The notes: generated from the letters alone by a model not told the origin. Counted from the stretch's first letter, positions 10,713 through 25,300 are shown. The stretch is 64,000 nucleotides of DNA from Octopus sinensis (GCF_006345805.1 NC_043001.1:73966001-74030000); one strand, 5' to 3'. Numbers and translations are program-made.

Positions 10713-10924
10713 TATGCATATATATATGCATATATATATATATATATATATAGACACATTATGCATATATATATATATGCATATACATATATGCATATAT
10801 ACAGACATACATATATACATATATATGCATATATATATGCATATATACAGACATATATATGCATATATATATATATGCATTTGTATTTATATGTATATAC
10901 ATTTATGCATATATACAGACATAC

Positions 10925-10984
<60 letters not shown>
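10271..10984. repeat. Compound (TA)n/ATGCAT microsatellite ending in (CA)n
   Basis: 20-bp unit tatatttatatgcatatata x6 at 10281-10400, then interrupted (TA)n, then (CA)n at about 10936-10983. Confidence 0.95.
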
Positions 10985-10985
<1 letters not shown>

Positions 10986-12295
10986 AAATTTACAATTACT
11001 TTTAGGTCTTCATATAAGGAAGCCAGTTGATTCCTGTATTATTGCGATGACTATCCTTGACTTGTATTTAATAATTGACTTAAGGAAGTCCTTAATTATC
11101 AGCAGTCTAGAATCTGGATATCTGCTCTAACAGCCAACAAATGTTTTTACTTTTGTATTCAGTTGTATCTTTTATCACATCTATTTGGACAAGTCTAGCA
11201 TTGTACTCTGATGTACTCTGAAGCTACAATATTACTCAGAGTTTAATTATTACTCATTGTCACTTGGGAAAGTTATATAGCATTTATGTTCCTCTCTGGG
11301 TCAGCTAAATTGAAATTTTAGGATTCAGAAGCGACTGTAATTATCAATGTGGGAAAAACACTTAATGTGCACCAATGAAAAGAAAAAGAGCAGAAACATA
11401 TATTGAATTGAGGATGTACTGCTAATGTTTTCTCCATTACTGATTTTTTTTTTTTGTTGTTGATATTATTGTTTTTCCTCCTGCTCCCCCACCTTCTTTC
11501 TGTAGTGTAATATTTAAATACAGTGATAATTTTACAGGCACCTATTAGTATATTTTGGTTCTTCTACTCCTCCTTTGCTAATACCACCACCACCACTTCA
11601 GAATCTGCTGAGATTTAAAACATCCTTTTGTTTCAAATTATCCCCTGACATAGTTTTGAAGTTAAGTTTTTCCTTGACTCATAGCATGAGGGAGTGTATG
11701 ACAAACCATAACAACAACTTTCCACTTATATCAAAGCACTTCTGTCTCACCCTCTATTGTCACTGTTTAGAATTTGTCGCCAGTCTAGCCTGTCTGTCAT
11801 AATGGAACACATTATACTAGTACCAAGGTAAAATCTCACTGAAAATTCGTTTTTTTTCTTTCCTTCTAAACCATTATAATATTCTAGTTATAGTTAGATA
11901 TTTTTTATTTTCTGTTCACATGACATTATTTTGGTTTAGTTTTCATTGTGTATTTGTTAAACACATGAAATGCATGAAGTCTGCTCTATAGTTTTGCTAC
12001 ATATACAATTCAGGACTGTTTTCTGTTATGAATAAATTTTCTCTTAAAACATGCAAACTGTAAAATTATATCTTATATCATCGGTCTACAGAAATGATAA
12101 TAATGCTGATGAAAATCTGTTGATCTTCATAATTATTTGCTAATGAATTTGCTTTAATCTAAATACATTCCTTGTTTACATTCATGTCTATTTTTGTTAT
12201 TATATTATTAGTTTTCCCTTTGTCATGGCCATTAATTAACTGATAAGTAAAATATGTAATAGTTATTTCATTTGGCATTTGTTTTGTATTTACAG

Positions 12296-12376
12296 CATGA
12301 AAAGGAAAGGAATATGCGACAGCAGAGTATTAGGACCATAGAAAAGATGCTTATACTCCAACAAGAAGAATGTATT
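12296..12376 (+). CDS. RhoGEF2: RhoGEF exon: HEKERNMRQQSIRTIEKMLILQQEECI (post-PDZ coiled coil)
   Basis: ttttgtatttacag acceptor, gtaagt donor, 81 nt, phase 0/0; resembles the 'ILRKMLQKEQE' segment of LARG/PDZ-RhoGEF. Confidence 0.85.
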
Positions 12377-13080
12377 GTAAGTAATACTGCCTCATCACCT
12401 CTTTGTGTGTCTTGTTTGAAAGGAGTAATTTGCTGTCTGCTGGAGTTTCAAATTTCCAACATCTCTTAAGTAATTGTTTGAACTGGATATAATTGTATTT
12501 AGAAAAAAAAAAGAGGAATACATACTTATTAAATGATAATATTGATTTCTTAGATAGGTTCATGGTGTATTGTTGATGGAAAGGGATTCCTTTAATTTGC
12601 ATTCAGTGTCGTCTTGGTTCTTTATTGTGCTAACCCTAGAGGGAAGAGGAAAATTCAAGTCCACATTGAGGTAAACCAAAGTGGATTTAATACAAAACTT
12701 TGAGGGGCAGAACTAAATACTATAACATTAATCAAGCTCTGTACTGATTCTGTCAATGATGTTGATGACTGTACTTTTTCTTCTAAAAAACTGTAGTGTA
12801 TTTAAAAAACAATAATTTTAACTGAAGGAATTCCATTCTTAGAAGATAGGATTTTAGCATAGTTGTTATTTGTGATAACGCTTTGTTAATAAAATAACAA
12901 AAAAAAAATCCATAAAAACCTTTCCTCATTATCTTCTTGTAAGTCTTTTATTAAGCACTAGCTATTAACAAATAATGAAATTTAAATTCAATACTTCTAA
13001 TTTACTCTATAATATTGCCATCAGACTTCCATATCGATAAGAATTTCGTATGTTTCTGAAACCTCAGCCCACTTATTTTT

Positions 13081-13315
13081 TTAACCATTTTGTTACCAGA
13101 CTTCTATTGAAATGCACTTTGTGTTCTAATTCATTTTGAAAGTAATGAAAAATTTAGTAAAATAACTTTGACACTATTCAGCTGATGTGGTGTTTGGAAC
13201 ATAAATTAACATAAAGTTCTACTGGGAAGTTTTAATGTAGATCACTTTAGAACAGGAAGTATCAGAGGAGTGGGGGCATCTCTCTCAGGCCAGTTGGTAT
13301 CAAAAATAGTATTAA
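13081..13315. mobile_element. piggyBac-like MITE (TTAA-bounded)
   Basis: ttaaccattttgttacca...ttggtatcaaaaatagtattaa; internal sequence shared with copies near 27460-27620, 37817-38215 and 50792-50960. Confidence 0.6.
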
Positions 13316-13957
13316 TCAGTGTATTTCCTATTCTCACTCCATTTTTTGTTATATAGCCAAATATATAAAGCCTCACACTTAATCAGGTAACATCATGACA
13401 TCTCAGGGTTATTATTTTGATTTGTTTTTTTATCAACCTTTCATATCTGTAAACGTGCTACTCTATTTTCATCATCATCATCTTTTTATGATTAAGATTA
13501 CAAAAACTACCCAACTGTCAAAACCGAGTCTAAGACAATCTGAGCATATCTAATTTTGTAAACCATTCTACTACATTTGACTGAAGTAAAAGAAAGCTTT
13601 TGACTGTTATTGATTAGATAGATCTCTTGTTACTTCAGTTCACCTTTAATTTATCTCTAACAGTTTTATAACTCACATCCTCCTTTCTGGCTAATTCTCA
13701 TACCTTTCTCTTTCTACCTCCCTCCCTCCCTCTCTCTTTCACTTGCAATCACTTGTCACTCACTCACTTTTACAGTATACATCCAATGTACAATACTCTA
13801 TTTGTTCCTCTCCAGCAACTGCAATTCATTTGCTTTCACAGCCATACATTATATTTCTGATATATTTACCATACAGACCTGTCAGTGCTCATCTGACAAT
13901 ATGCCAAAAATTAAAGTAAAAACCTCAATGTTGTATTGAGGCTTGTAAGCACATCAC

Positions 13958-14002
<45 letters not shown>

Positions 14003-14517
14003 ATATCATCATCATTTAACATCCATCTTCCATGCATGGGTAGGACAGTTGACAGGAGCCGGCCAAGTTGAAAATCTACCCAAGGCTACTGTGTCTGTTT
14101 TGGTAGGGATTTTACAGCTGGATGCCCTTCCTAACACCAGTCACTCCACAGAGTGGACTCAGTGCTTTTTATGTGGCACCAACATTGGCAGGGTGGGGGG
14201 GGGCAGTGATACAGTGAGCATGACAGTGTGGGCAAGAAAGGAGATTGGAAGACAATCATAATGTATGAGGAGGAAATGTGAGGAAGAGAAAGATGCAATT
14301 AGAAGATGAGTTGTAGTTTGAATTCTTAGGGTAGAGTAGGTGAAAAGTATGTTGTTACATGTGGCTAGGATACAACTCTTCTAGCACTCAATTTCGTAGA
14401 CAGGTCTTCCCTAGGACCTCATATCGCCAAACATCTTGGTCTGCTGTCATTTTCTCCGTGAGCCCCAACAGCCTAAGATCCATCCTTACCACTTCATCCC
14501 ATTCGTTTTATTATCCA

Positions 14518-14565
<48 letters not shown>

Positions 14566-14584
14566 TGTTGGTTCTACACTCAAA

Positions 14585-15394
14585 ACTAATTAGATCAACT
14601 GAGTAATATAACTTGTTGACTAATTCAGATGAGCAGAGAACTGAGCCTGTCAGTTATATTATTAGTGCTGTGAATGTACTTGAAGTGATGATTCACCAAG
14701 CTAAGAGTCTTGAAATTAATGAAGCAAGAGTTGAAAAATATGAACGAGAAGAACCCTGTACTATTTCTTCTGCTGTGTTGTGTTATCTAAGAGTTACTAC
14801 AAGAAATGATTATGTTTCTTTATATTTGTATGAGCAAAATGCCCCCCGTCCAATGGACAGTACTGAAGTATATCTGCTGAATAAAAAGCAATCAGTGTTT
14901 TCTTTTCATTAAAAAATAATTAAGCATGCCTTTATTTAAATAAAATTTTTGGTTTTGTTAAACAAAGTTAAGGCAAAAAAAAAAAAACTTCTTGAGAAAC
15001 TAAATAGTCTTTTCTTCCTTCATGCCAAGTTTGAAGAAAATATCTCTTTTGTATCTTACTTTTTTGGTCTCTTAAATATGCTGCATTTTGTGGCAATATT
15101 TCAAGCCAGCTGGCTTGTTTTGCACAAACTGCATGTGCATTTTTCTCGCGTACGCATAGTATCAATCACAACAGCTGATATACTTGTGCGTACAAATGCA
15201 AGTTCCCACGGCTTTATCGATCACATTCTCACTGGAATTGATTTTTGTAATTTTTTCAAGACTTATACACACCCTGATACCATTAGTATCCACATATCAA
15301 ATTTGAGCGCAATCGGATGGAGGATGCCCGAGATCCTAGAAGACACCACACACACACACACACACACAGACAGAGCGGATTTTATATAATAGAT
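14585..15394 (+). mobile_element. Putative non-autonomous Helitron-like element (5' boundary uncertain)
   Basis: 3' end CAAATTTGAGCGCAATCGG...(CA)n-CAGACAGA...TTTTATATAATAGAT resembles DINE-1/Lep1-type ends; relatively CpG-rich. Confidence 0.4.
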
Positions 15395-15501
15395 TTGTTT
15401 TTATGTGCCATGACATCTTTCAACAAAATATTGTCATTTCAAAGAACTTTGCAATATTTTTTTTAATATTAAGCATTATATTACAGAGATGTACTTGCAT
15501 G

Positions 15502-15539
15502 GCAAATCATTTTAGTTTTTAAAAACTAAAATGATTTGC
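15502..15539. repeat. Perfect 38-bp palindrome
   Basis: gcaaatcattttagttttt / aaaaactaaaatgatttgc, no spacer. Confidence 0.95.
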
Positions 15540-15991
15540 AGCCTGGAAGAAATGTATATATTAGCTATTTGGAAACATACAAAGACTGTTAACCTCACTT
15601 AAATAAATGTTTAAATGAAGTTAGCAGTTTTTGTGTGTTTCTGAATACGTATCTTCAACTTTGCAATTGTTGTAAGCATTATATATTTTTACATTTCTAA
15701 ATGGTTATTATCCTGCCCTGGGACTGCTGACAGGCTGTCTTTCCTCTATGCCTCTTTCTACCACTACTGTAATGGCCTCTGCTTTTAAGATCTGATTGAT
15801 CTCATGCCCTCTCCTACTCCACTAAGGCATTCCTGACTTCCCTACTCTGCCTCTTTTATCACTGTGACTTTTGTTGTGTCCAACTCTGCAGGTTCTGCAC
15901 TAGTCATTATACCTAATCCTTCATTCCAAGAATGTCCCCCCCCCCTGGAATTCTCTTCCTGATTATGGTGTTGACTTATAAAGGTTTAGAG

Positions 15992-16322
15992 CAAGGATTC
16001 TCAACCATTTTTTTTTTTTTATGGACCCTTTTGATTACTATTTTATTCTGGTGGACCCCTGTAGCCATTCAGTGTTTAAATACTAGTTTCATAGAAACTT
16101 CTTTCAAAATTTCTATTTTGTTTTTTTCACATTAAGTTGAACTATGTAAAATGTTAGAGAAAGAAACCGAGTTGTTTCTTGCAATACATACCAATACATT
16201 CACCTAAAGCTAAATTTTTCAGGGGCCTTTAAAATACTATTGCAAGTCCTTGCTTTATCATTTTGTTGTGTGGACCCTTATATCGACCCTCAGGCCATAT
16301 GGACCATGGTGGAGGATTACTG
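15992..16322. mobile_element. hAT-family MITE with an 8-bp TSD
   Basis: GTTTAGAG duplicated at 15984-15991 and 16323-16330; decayed TIRs CAAGGATTCTCAACC / GGTGGAGGATTACTG. Confidence 0.8.
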
Positions 16323-17194
16323 GTTTAGAGGAACATTAATGGCTTTAATTTTTACCAGTGTAGGAGGACCTCCAAAGGCCATGGACATTGTACCTTCCTC
16401 CAAACACATGCTCTCAAGAGTAGCACACTAGTATTTGATACCACACTTGGAGTAGTGTCTCAGGGAACATTAGTTTATAACATTAATAGGAGTGTTAATG
16501 GTGGTCATGGCTATTCTACTAAAGCAGTGTTTTAAATTATAACTCAGGTGTATTCTAAATGAAGTGTAAAGTCATTAAAGATAATTAAAGGCCAATTAGT
16601 AGAGTGATGGATAGAATGTCTTGTAGTTTAGTTGTGTAGATTTACTTTTTGAGTTCGAATTCTGCAGATGTTGACCCTATCAGTCATCCTTTTTGATGAA
16701 ATACAGTACCAGTTGTGTACTGGGGGTTGATCTGATTTGCTCACTCTCCACCAACTGCTTTATTTAGAAATTATTGATGACAGCAAAGCATTTAAACAGA
16801 ATTCAACCAGTGTCAAATGCTATGTTAGATTTTGGTGTGGATTCTTGACATCAAATTGTTACTTAATTACTCTGTGTGTATGTAATCATATTCTTTAAAC
16901 TTCTAATGAGTTTTTAATTACTAACAGTTAAGTTGTGCAAGTAAGAACTTCAACTTTTAATAGAATAATTCTAGCTAAGAACCTGCTTAATGCGCAAATA
17001 ATCTTTTTCTCGTTGTGGCAAGGGTATTTGAGTTCTTGTTTTTTAGTAAATTCTCTGATGGAAATTAATTAATATAGTCTGAAGAGTTCAGTCCACTTTA
17101 AATTACAAAATTGTTTAATTAAATTCAACAAAGTTTGTTTACTGTCTCATCATATATGCATATACTAGTATGCATATTTACATACAGGTGCACA

Positions 17195-17570
17195 TTGGTG
17201 CTGGTGTGGCTGTGTTAGAAGTTGGTAAGAAGTTTGCTTCTCAACTACATGGTTTCAAGTTCAACCCCACTGTGTGATAGTTTGAACAAGTGTAGGTTTA
17301 CTATAGCCTGGAGTGGACTTGGTAGATGGAAACTGAAAGAAGCCTGTTGTGTTTGTTTACCACCACTTTAACAACCAGTGTTGGTTTGTTTATGTCCCCA
17401 TAACCTAGCAGTCTGGAAAAAAGACTAATAGGGTAAGTACCTGACATCAAAAGAACTAATAAATAAAGAAAGAAAGAACTAGGATTAGTTTGTTCAACTA
17501 AACCTTTCATGTGGTGCCCCAACATGGCCACTGTCCAACAGCTGAAACAAGTATAAGATAAAAGATATCT
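17195..17570 (+). mobile_element. tRNA-derived SINE, same family
   Basis: Same head, core and tail; further copies near 44-190(-), 21950-22260, 24810-25380(-), 26060-26220, 36340-36760, 47910-48290, 55790-56165(-) and 63225-63480. Confidence 0.8.
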
Positions 17571-19866
17571 ACTCATTTGCTTATAATTGTTCTTTAAGTG
17601 TCCCATATTATTGACATCACAAGATTAAAGGCCTGGTGATGTTGCAAATTTCAGCATTTCACTGGATAAGGCCTTCCCTTGCCTCATCATGTTTTTTAGG
17701 AGGCTAAAACCTGATAGTGCAGGCTTACAAAACTTTATTAGTTATAGCATGTTCCCATTACTTAGATTCATGTTTGTTGTATGGTTAATCAGAGTTAGCC
17801 AACAAGAGGTTGTTAAGTTCTGGTTAAGGTGCCACTATTAATGACTTGTTAACAAGTATTTATTATCTGACTCTTCTCCTAAAATGTTATTCTTAAAATA
17901 TACAATTACATCGTTGATATCTCAAAAGTATGAAATAATGCATGCTTAATTCAAAACAAGTGTGAATAAATAAGCATTACATTTGACAGAGTAATCTGAG
18001 TGCTGAAGGGTTCACATAGATTTAATGTAAACATATTCATCTCATCATTTATTCACTCAACAATAATCTCTCTTAGAAGAATTGTTTTATATGGACAGTT
18101 TTACAAATATGGGCATTGTTCAACGATTTTGATATCAAGACACATGGGAGTGTCTTCAGTTCTGATACAAACTTCCTTATTTAAAGTGATTGAAGTTAAA
18201 ACCTTCCATCAAAATTTCATTTTGAATTATGTTCCAAGCACCAGCTTAATAATAACAAAGTTATTTTACGAAGCACTTTCTTTACTTTTGAAATTAATTG
18301 GGGGAGGAAAAAAAGGGTTGTGTATTTTAGCAGAAATATGGTAAGAAAAGGTGTAAGCCCCAAGCCAGCTTTGTTTGAGTAGACCTGAAATATAGTCATT
18401 TAACCAGGTGTGTACATGCATGCACATGTGCAAACACATATGCACATCAGCTCACACATTTACATGCACACATTTGTACATGCATGCTCTATGTGTCAGT
18501 CTGTCTGTCACTATTTCTTCTTTCTCTTGGTCTCATGCATACACATTCTCTCTCTCTCCCTCCCTCCCTCCCTCTCACATACATACACACTCTCTGTCAC
18601 ACATTCTTTCTCTTTCTTTTTCTCTTACACATGCTTTCTGATAAGCATGTGCTTGCACATAAAGCTCTCTCTGTCTCCCCACATACAAACACCTACTTAC
18701 ATAATTTAATTCATGCATATACCCACTTGTTGTCTTCTCATTTATTCCATAATTTTGAAATACCATTAGTTTTCATCAAACTTACATTCTTCATTGTTGT
18801 TGAATTCCATAATTTACTTGTTTTTGTTCTGAACAAGAAACTGCTTGGTATTTTATCTTGCACATTTCTCTGGGGCTTATTCCACATACATTTGACATAA
18901 AGCTGGATATAATTAATCAACATTTACCATTGATTATGAGAGAGAGAGAGAGAGTACTGGTGTTTGATATTTGATTCAACCCTATGGCAATATCTCTATC
19001 TCTCAGACCCTGCCTTATTGTTGATAACATGCCCTATTGTTGGCATCTGTTGAATAACTTTGCCTGATGCTAATTCTAGCACTTTAGCTATGATGTCATA
19101 TCTTCTTAACAGAAAAGGAAGTAAGGACTAACTAACTGTACACCAACATTTCCTCTCTAATCATTGGCTTCTTGCCATCCACTGCTCACATGGACTTGTG
19201 GAAATCAAGTTTTGTAATGATGCAGTAGAGTAGACTTAAACATCAAACTTGTATTTATTTATTGAACATAAAGGACTTCCAAAAAACAACAAACAAACAA
19301 ACGATGGGAAAACTTCAGTTTTCTCCAAAAAGATGTAAATTGTAAATCCACTGTAATAGGTCATGGTAATAATATTATCTACAACATAAAATTCTTGTCC
19401 TTCCTATTTCTTCCACTTACTTTTCTGATAGCCTATTTTGGAAGCCGAACCCATTTCGTTTCAACCAGTTTTTGTTTTTGTTGTTTTCTTGTTTGTCCTT
19501 TTCCTGAAATAGCCTTCCCTAGCACACTTATCTAACTTTTGCGTTCATCCTCCTCTCTACCCCCTCCCTCCCCACCCCCTCTCTCTCTCAGATGGTTGGC
19601 AAAGAGCCAGTAGATAACAGTAAATAGAAAGTGTCTTAAAGAAAGGATTCAATGAATTATCTGCTTATTATTTACTTACATAATGACTACATTGCTTCAC
19701 TGATAAACATTTTACACTTCAGACATAAGAAAACAGACAACTTCAATTTAATTTAGACTTTGATGTTTAGCTTTTCTTACTTACCTCATATAAAATTGGA
19801 ATCAACAGCAAAACAGCTATACCAGGTTAGTAGTATTGATTCAAACTACTATAATTAGTTGAAAAC

Positions 19867-19927
<61 letters not shown>

Positions 19928-21474
19928 ACATGATGGCTATTGCTGTTAGTCATATCTAGTGAATCATTAAGATTGCTAACCTAACTAACCCCATACATAT
20001 GGAAGTAGTTTCCCATAATCTAGACTGTGTATTATCATACTTTCTTCTATATTCCCAGTAGCAAAAAAAAAAAAATAATAGAAAAGAGAAACTTTTTAGA
20101 AAAAGAAAAGGTAAAAAACTGAAAATTTATTATAGAATATTTTATTAGTAAACCATTCTGCACTGGTAAAACTGTTGCCTCTTTACCTCTCTGTCAGTTG
20201 TCTACAGTGTTTCTCATTTAATAACTGTGATCAAAACTTTATTTACCAATACCTTGATCTCAATCTCCAGTCAGTTTTACGGTGTCTATTGTATATTACC
20301 TAAAGCGTAGTCCACCTGTATTGGATAAGTATTTTAAAGCCATCCATTTTGTAGTAATCCTTCTGTAATATTTTGAGGACACAGTCTTCTTGACAATATG
20401 CAAAAGAAAATCCAGTTGACCAGTCACACTCACAAGTCTTATTTCTGCCACCTGCTTTTAAAAGGTCTTTATATTGTATACAATGTCAAACTAATCCCAG
20501 TTACTAATCAATCTATGATACCAAACGTTTCTTGTCATTCTCCATTCATTGGCTATTTACTTATAGAAATTTTTTCAGTTTGAACAGGCCAAAACCTTGT
20601 CTTTTTGTCTCTGCAGTCTCAATCCAAAATATGTCTCTATATAGCTTTTCATGTTCTTACACTACTAAATGTTCCCTTTGATTTTTCATGTGTCCTCATT
20701 CACTTTCACATCCCTTCAACATTTTGCATTACAATTGAAATCCTTCCTTTTTGTTGACAATTTTCCTATATTTTGTTCTATGATAAATGTTTCTATTAAA
20801 AAACATGTTTTATTCTGTTCAGCAATATACCTTAATGTGAGATTACTAAGTTATATATTCTAAATCTAATCATTAAACACCTTCATTTTAATTACATGAA
20901 TCCTTTCTGAAATTATTGTTACAGTTGGTGTTGTTGTGTATATGAATGTGTATATTTTCCTGCAGCTTCAACTTCACTATCTACAACAGTTTAGCTATTT
21001 TTATCATCATTATCATTGTCTACCTAACCAACAACTACGCTATGTACATAATTAATTTTTCTAAAATTTGGCTCCTCTGCCAAATATTCTCTCAGTTTTT
21101 AAGAACTTTATTTCTTAAAATCTTACTTAGACTATATTGTTTTCTTATTGCACTATGAACACTACAACATATTTATTTAAAGGAAAAGCATTTTAAGCTG
21201 GCAAACATTTTCACATGTTTTTAATTCCATCTTTACTACGTACATCTCTCTTTTTATACACACACACGTATAAATATACACTTTCTCTTTCTCTCATTAT
21301 AATTTTAGCAGTTCTTCGTTAACTGATGTTATTTAAAATATTTTGACCAAAGAATTTTTCCCTTATCAATACAGAGAAAGTAAGCAGGAAAAGATGGTGT
21401 CTGTGTAGAGATAGTCATATTGACAAGTAGATACACATATGTGAGTGAATGTTAGTGTTTCTGTGTGTATGATG

Positions 21475-21532
<58 letters not shown>

Positions 21533-21577
21533 GAACAACAATTTTATTGACATCTATTTCATATCCATCATTTACAG

Positions 21578-21697
21578 AGAGCTCGTAAAATATATGCTAA
21601 GTCTCCATCAGAAAAAAATAAAGAGGAATTAAATGAAAAAGAACGGACTGTTAATACTTTGGAAACTCGCCTACGACAACTGCAAAGTGAATTTCCT
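21578..21697 (+). CDS. RhoGEF2: RhoGEF exon: RARKIYAKSPSEKNKEELNEKERTVNTLETRLRQLQSEFP (coiled coil)
   Basis: catttacag acceptor, gtaagt donor, 120 nt, phase 0/0; helical heptad-like peptide continuing the previous exon. Confidence 0.88.
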
Positions 21698-22277
21698 GTA
21701 AGTATAAGACTCATGCTTTTCATGTTTGCTGGTATTTGGTGGAGAAAAAAAAAACAAAAAAAAAAAACTCCTTGTATATTTGTAAACATATACCGGATTG
21801 TTTCAAACAAAAAGTCCTTAAACATGATTTTGTAACACGAGAAAAATGTTTGTTTTATTGAAATTATTTTCTTGGTGAATAGAATTTTTACTAAAATTTT
21901 CATATCTTAGGACTCTGAAAACAGAATTTCTAGGTACAGACATAGCTATACGTTTAAGAAGCTTGCTTTTCAGCTACATAGTTTCACATTCAGCCAGACT
22001 GCGCAGCACCTTGGGCAAACATCTACTATAGCTCCAAGCTCACTATTTATGTATGTATATGTATGCTTGTATTTATCACTCCTGCCACTTAACTGGTGTC
22101 AGTTTGTTTATGTCTCTGTAACTTAGTGGCGTGACAAAAGAGACCTATAGAATAAGTGTCTGACTTAAAAATTAAGTACAGAGGTTAATATGTTCAACTA
22201 AACTCTTCAGAATGGCGCCCCATCATGGCTGCAGTCCAATGACTGAAGCAAAAGATAAAAGATATATATATAAATAT

Positions 22278-22315
<38 letters not shown>

Positions 22316-25300
22316 CTTTTTATAACATGGCCATATTCAAGAAAGATGTATAGACAAATCAAAAGATTATCTGGTCATTCTAAGGGAGTTTTTGTGTGTG
22401 TGAGTAAATTCAAAAGTGTCTGATTTTTTGACGAGTCAGAATGAAGAGTCTGTTAATGATAGATTTTTTATTATTGAATGTGTGAGAAGGAAATCTTTAA
22501 TTAGAAGATACTTTAACATAACAGACCATATTAGAAATGTTAAAACCATATCTTGTTTGTTTTTCTGCTGCAAATCCAATGACACGTTGGCAATAACTTG
22601 TCATTTATATGGTGGTGGGCATGAGAGTGCATGTGCAACAACATAGCTGTAAGATTATTTTTATGCACTGAAGAATGGCTGGAACAAAGGTGGTACTGGT
22701 TTGTTTATCATCATTACTGGATGTAACTAATTTAGGGACGCTTTTTTTTTTGTTCCTCTAAGACATTATCATTCTTACTGTTTCCAGCATCATCATTTCA
22801 TATCCACTCTTCATGTTAGCATGGGTTGGATGGTTCAAAAGGATCCAATGAGCCAGAGAACTACACTTTGCTTCAGTGTCTCAGTTTTGGCATATTTTCT
22901 ATGGTTGGATGCTCTTACTAACACTAACCACTTTACAGAGTGTACTGGGTGATTTTTTTTTGTTTATGGCACCAGCACATGTGAGTTTGTCATGTAACTT
23001 TCAAAACTTTGAGCCCCTTTGGCTGAGAGGGAGTAGAATAGAGTGGGCAGTAGCTTTATGCATGATACTGCAAGTTGAAATAAGGGAAAAGAAGTAGTCT
23101 GGTAATGTAGAAGAGATACAAGGGTACCCTGCATTACATAAGGGTGCATGAGAGTAAATAGGATGGAGCCAGAAAGAGAGAAAGTTAAAGGTGACAAGAT
23201 GTTAGAGTATATCTACAAGGTATGAGAAGGCAAATAGAAGAAAGCATAGGAGACATTTTAGAATAAAGTTCAAAACCATCATTTAATGTCTGTTCTCTAT
23301 GCTGACATTTGTTGGATGGTTTGACAGGAGTTGACCAGCTGGAAAGCTGTTCAGGCTCCCTATCTGTCTTGGCATGGTTTCTATGGCTGGATGCTCTTCC
23401 TATCACCAACTACTTTACAAAGTTATCTGAATAAGCTGACAATTTGTTCTTGTTGATTCCTAAGTCACTTCTGATCAATTACATCTATGTTCAAAAATGT
23501 TCCTTTTGTCTGTATCTTACTTTTTCAGACAATATATTTAGGACTACATTATCGATTGCCTTTTTTAAGATGGTTGTGTTTGATTTGAGAGAAATTTGGC
23601 TGCTATTTATAAGTCAATTTATTACATCAACACACTCTCACTAGATATTTTTGTCAAATGGAAACCAGTCAGGCTTTACTTTCATTAAATTAAATGGAGA
23701 CATTGTGTCATAGGTATCATTATGACTTTTGATGTTAGTGAAGTAGAATTACTTTTATTAATGATATGATAGTTACAGTGATGTATATAAAGTAAATAAC
23801 TACAATGGAGCCCATGCTTCTACAAGTTACATCTACAAGAGGAGCTAAAATTAATAATGAGCCACTTGTTACTCTCACAGTACTAGGTTCTCCCTACTTT
23901 CATTGAGCAATCTGCTTTTTTTTTTTAATATCTTTTATTTTGGTAATTAATGTAATTCTCCCCTAACATAAAACCTATCTAATGCTGACATACAAATTAA
24001 AAGTTGACCTACTAAAATGAACTGTTAGTTGCTGTGGTGTGGTTTGGTTGATGAGAGAAGAGGAAGTCATTTTTATGATCTTCTCTGTAACCTTTCACAG
24101 ATTGGTTTAAATGCTGTTATTCATTTGCACAAGAAACACTGAGACTATTTCTGTCCTATTATGATTTAATGTTAGAAGAACAGAAACAATAAGAAAGTAT
24201 TTTGTTGCTTTATTCTTCTTACATAGAACAGTGCTGGCTGCAAAATCACAATGTTTCATTAGTCTTTGCCACTTCTTGAAACTTTTGAATCCTGTGTACA
24301 TTCAACATTATTATGTGTGGTTCAATTAGGCAGAGGAAATCTGGCTTATTATATAGATTGGTGGGAAAATGCATAGAGATAGGCTGGTTGGGGGCGGGGA
24401 CAAAGAAACAAATGTAATCCCCAGTAGGTGAGAAGCTGCTAGGTGCTAGAAGTCTTCTTAGTCATGATGTATCTGATGTTGTACTTTTGTACTTTCAGCA
24501 GCCAGAATTTTCTGATTCTTTTACACTTGTGAGACGAGTGTGGGAATTAGATATTTTATGAGGTTATGACACACACGCACGCGTGCGCACACACACGCAC
24601 GCGTGCGCACACACACACATTTCTAAATTTTTTATTTTCTCTATTTTTTTTTTCTCTTAATCCTTTCTGTTAAAGAGCATAGGCTTGAGACATAAAAGAC
24701 TTTTCTATTTTTCCTGAGCATTAAACTAATACACCTGCTTGTTGTTCCTACACCTCTCTTTGTCTTTTGTTTTCTGTAAATTTGAACTATATATATTCTT
24801 TTATTCTTTTACTTGTTTCAGTCATTTAACTGGGTCTGTGCTGGAGCACAGCCTTGGAGGCTTTTAGTCAAACAAATCGACCCCAAGACATTTTTTTTCT
24901 TTTTAAGCTTAGTACTTATTCTCTCAGTCTGTTTTGGTGAACCACTAAGTTACGGGGACATAATTGCACCAACACCAGCTGTCAAGCGGTGATGGGAGGA
25001 CAGACACAAAAACACACACAGATATATACATGGAGATATATATATATATATATATATAGCCCACTTTGCTGAGTGGTTGGTGTTAAGGGCATCCAGCTGT
25101 AAAAATCCTGCCAAATCAGTAACAGAAGTCTAGTGCAGGCTTCTTCCTGGCCAGCTTTTGTCAAACTGTCCCACCCATGCCAGTATGGAAACAAGCTTTA
25201 AATATTGATGATGATGATACGATGGGTTTGCTTCAGTTTCTGTCTACTAAATTCACTCACAAGGCTTTGGTCATCCCATGGGTATAGTAGAAGATACTTG

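Noticed and set aside
10258-11030. Many 65-156-aa Ile/Tyr/His/Cys ORFs
   Set aside because: Translations of (TA)n/(CA)n microsatellite; the same applies to ORFs at 31455-31694, 38572-39231 and 56291-56538.
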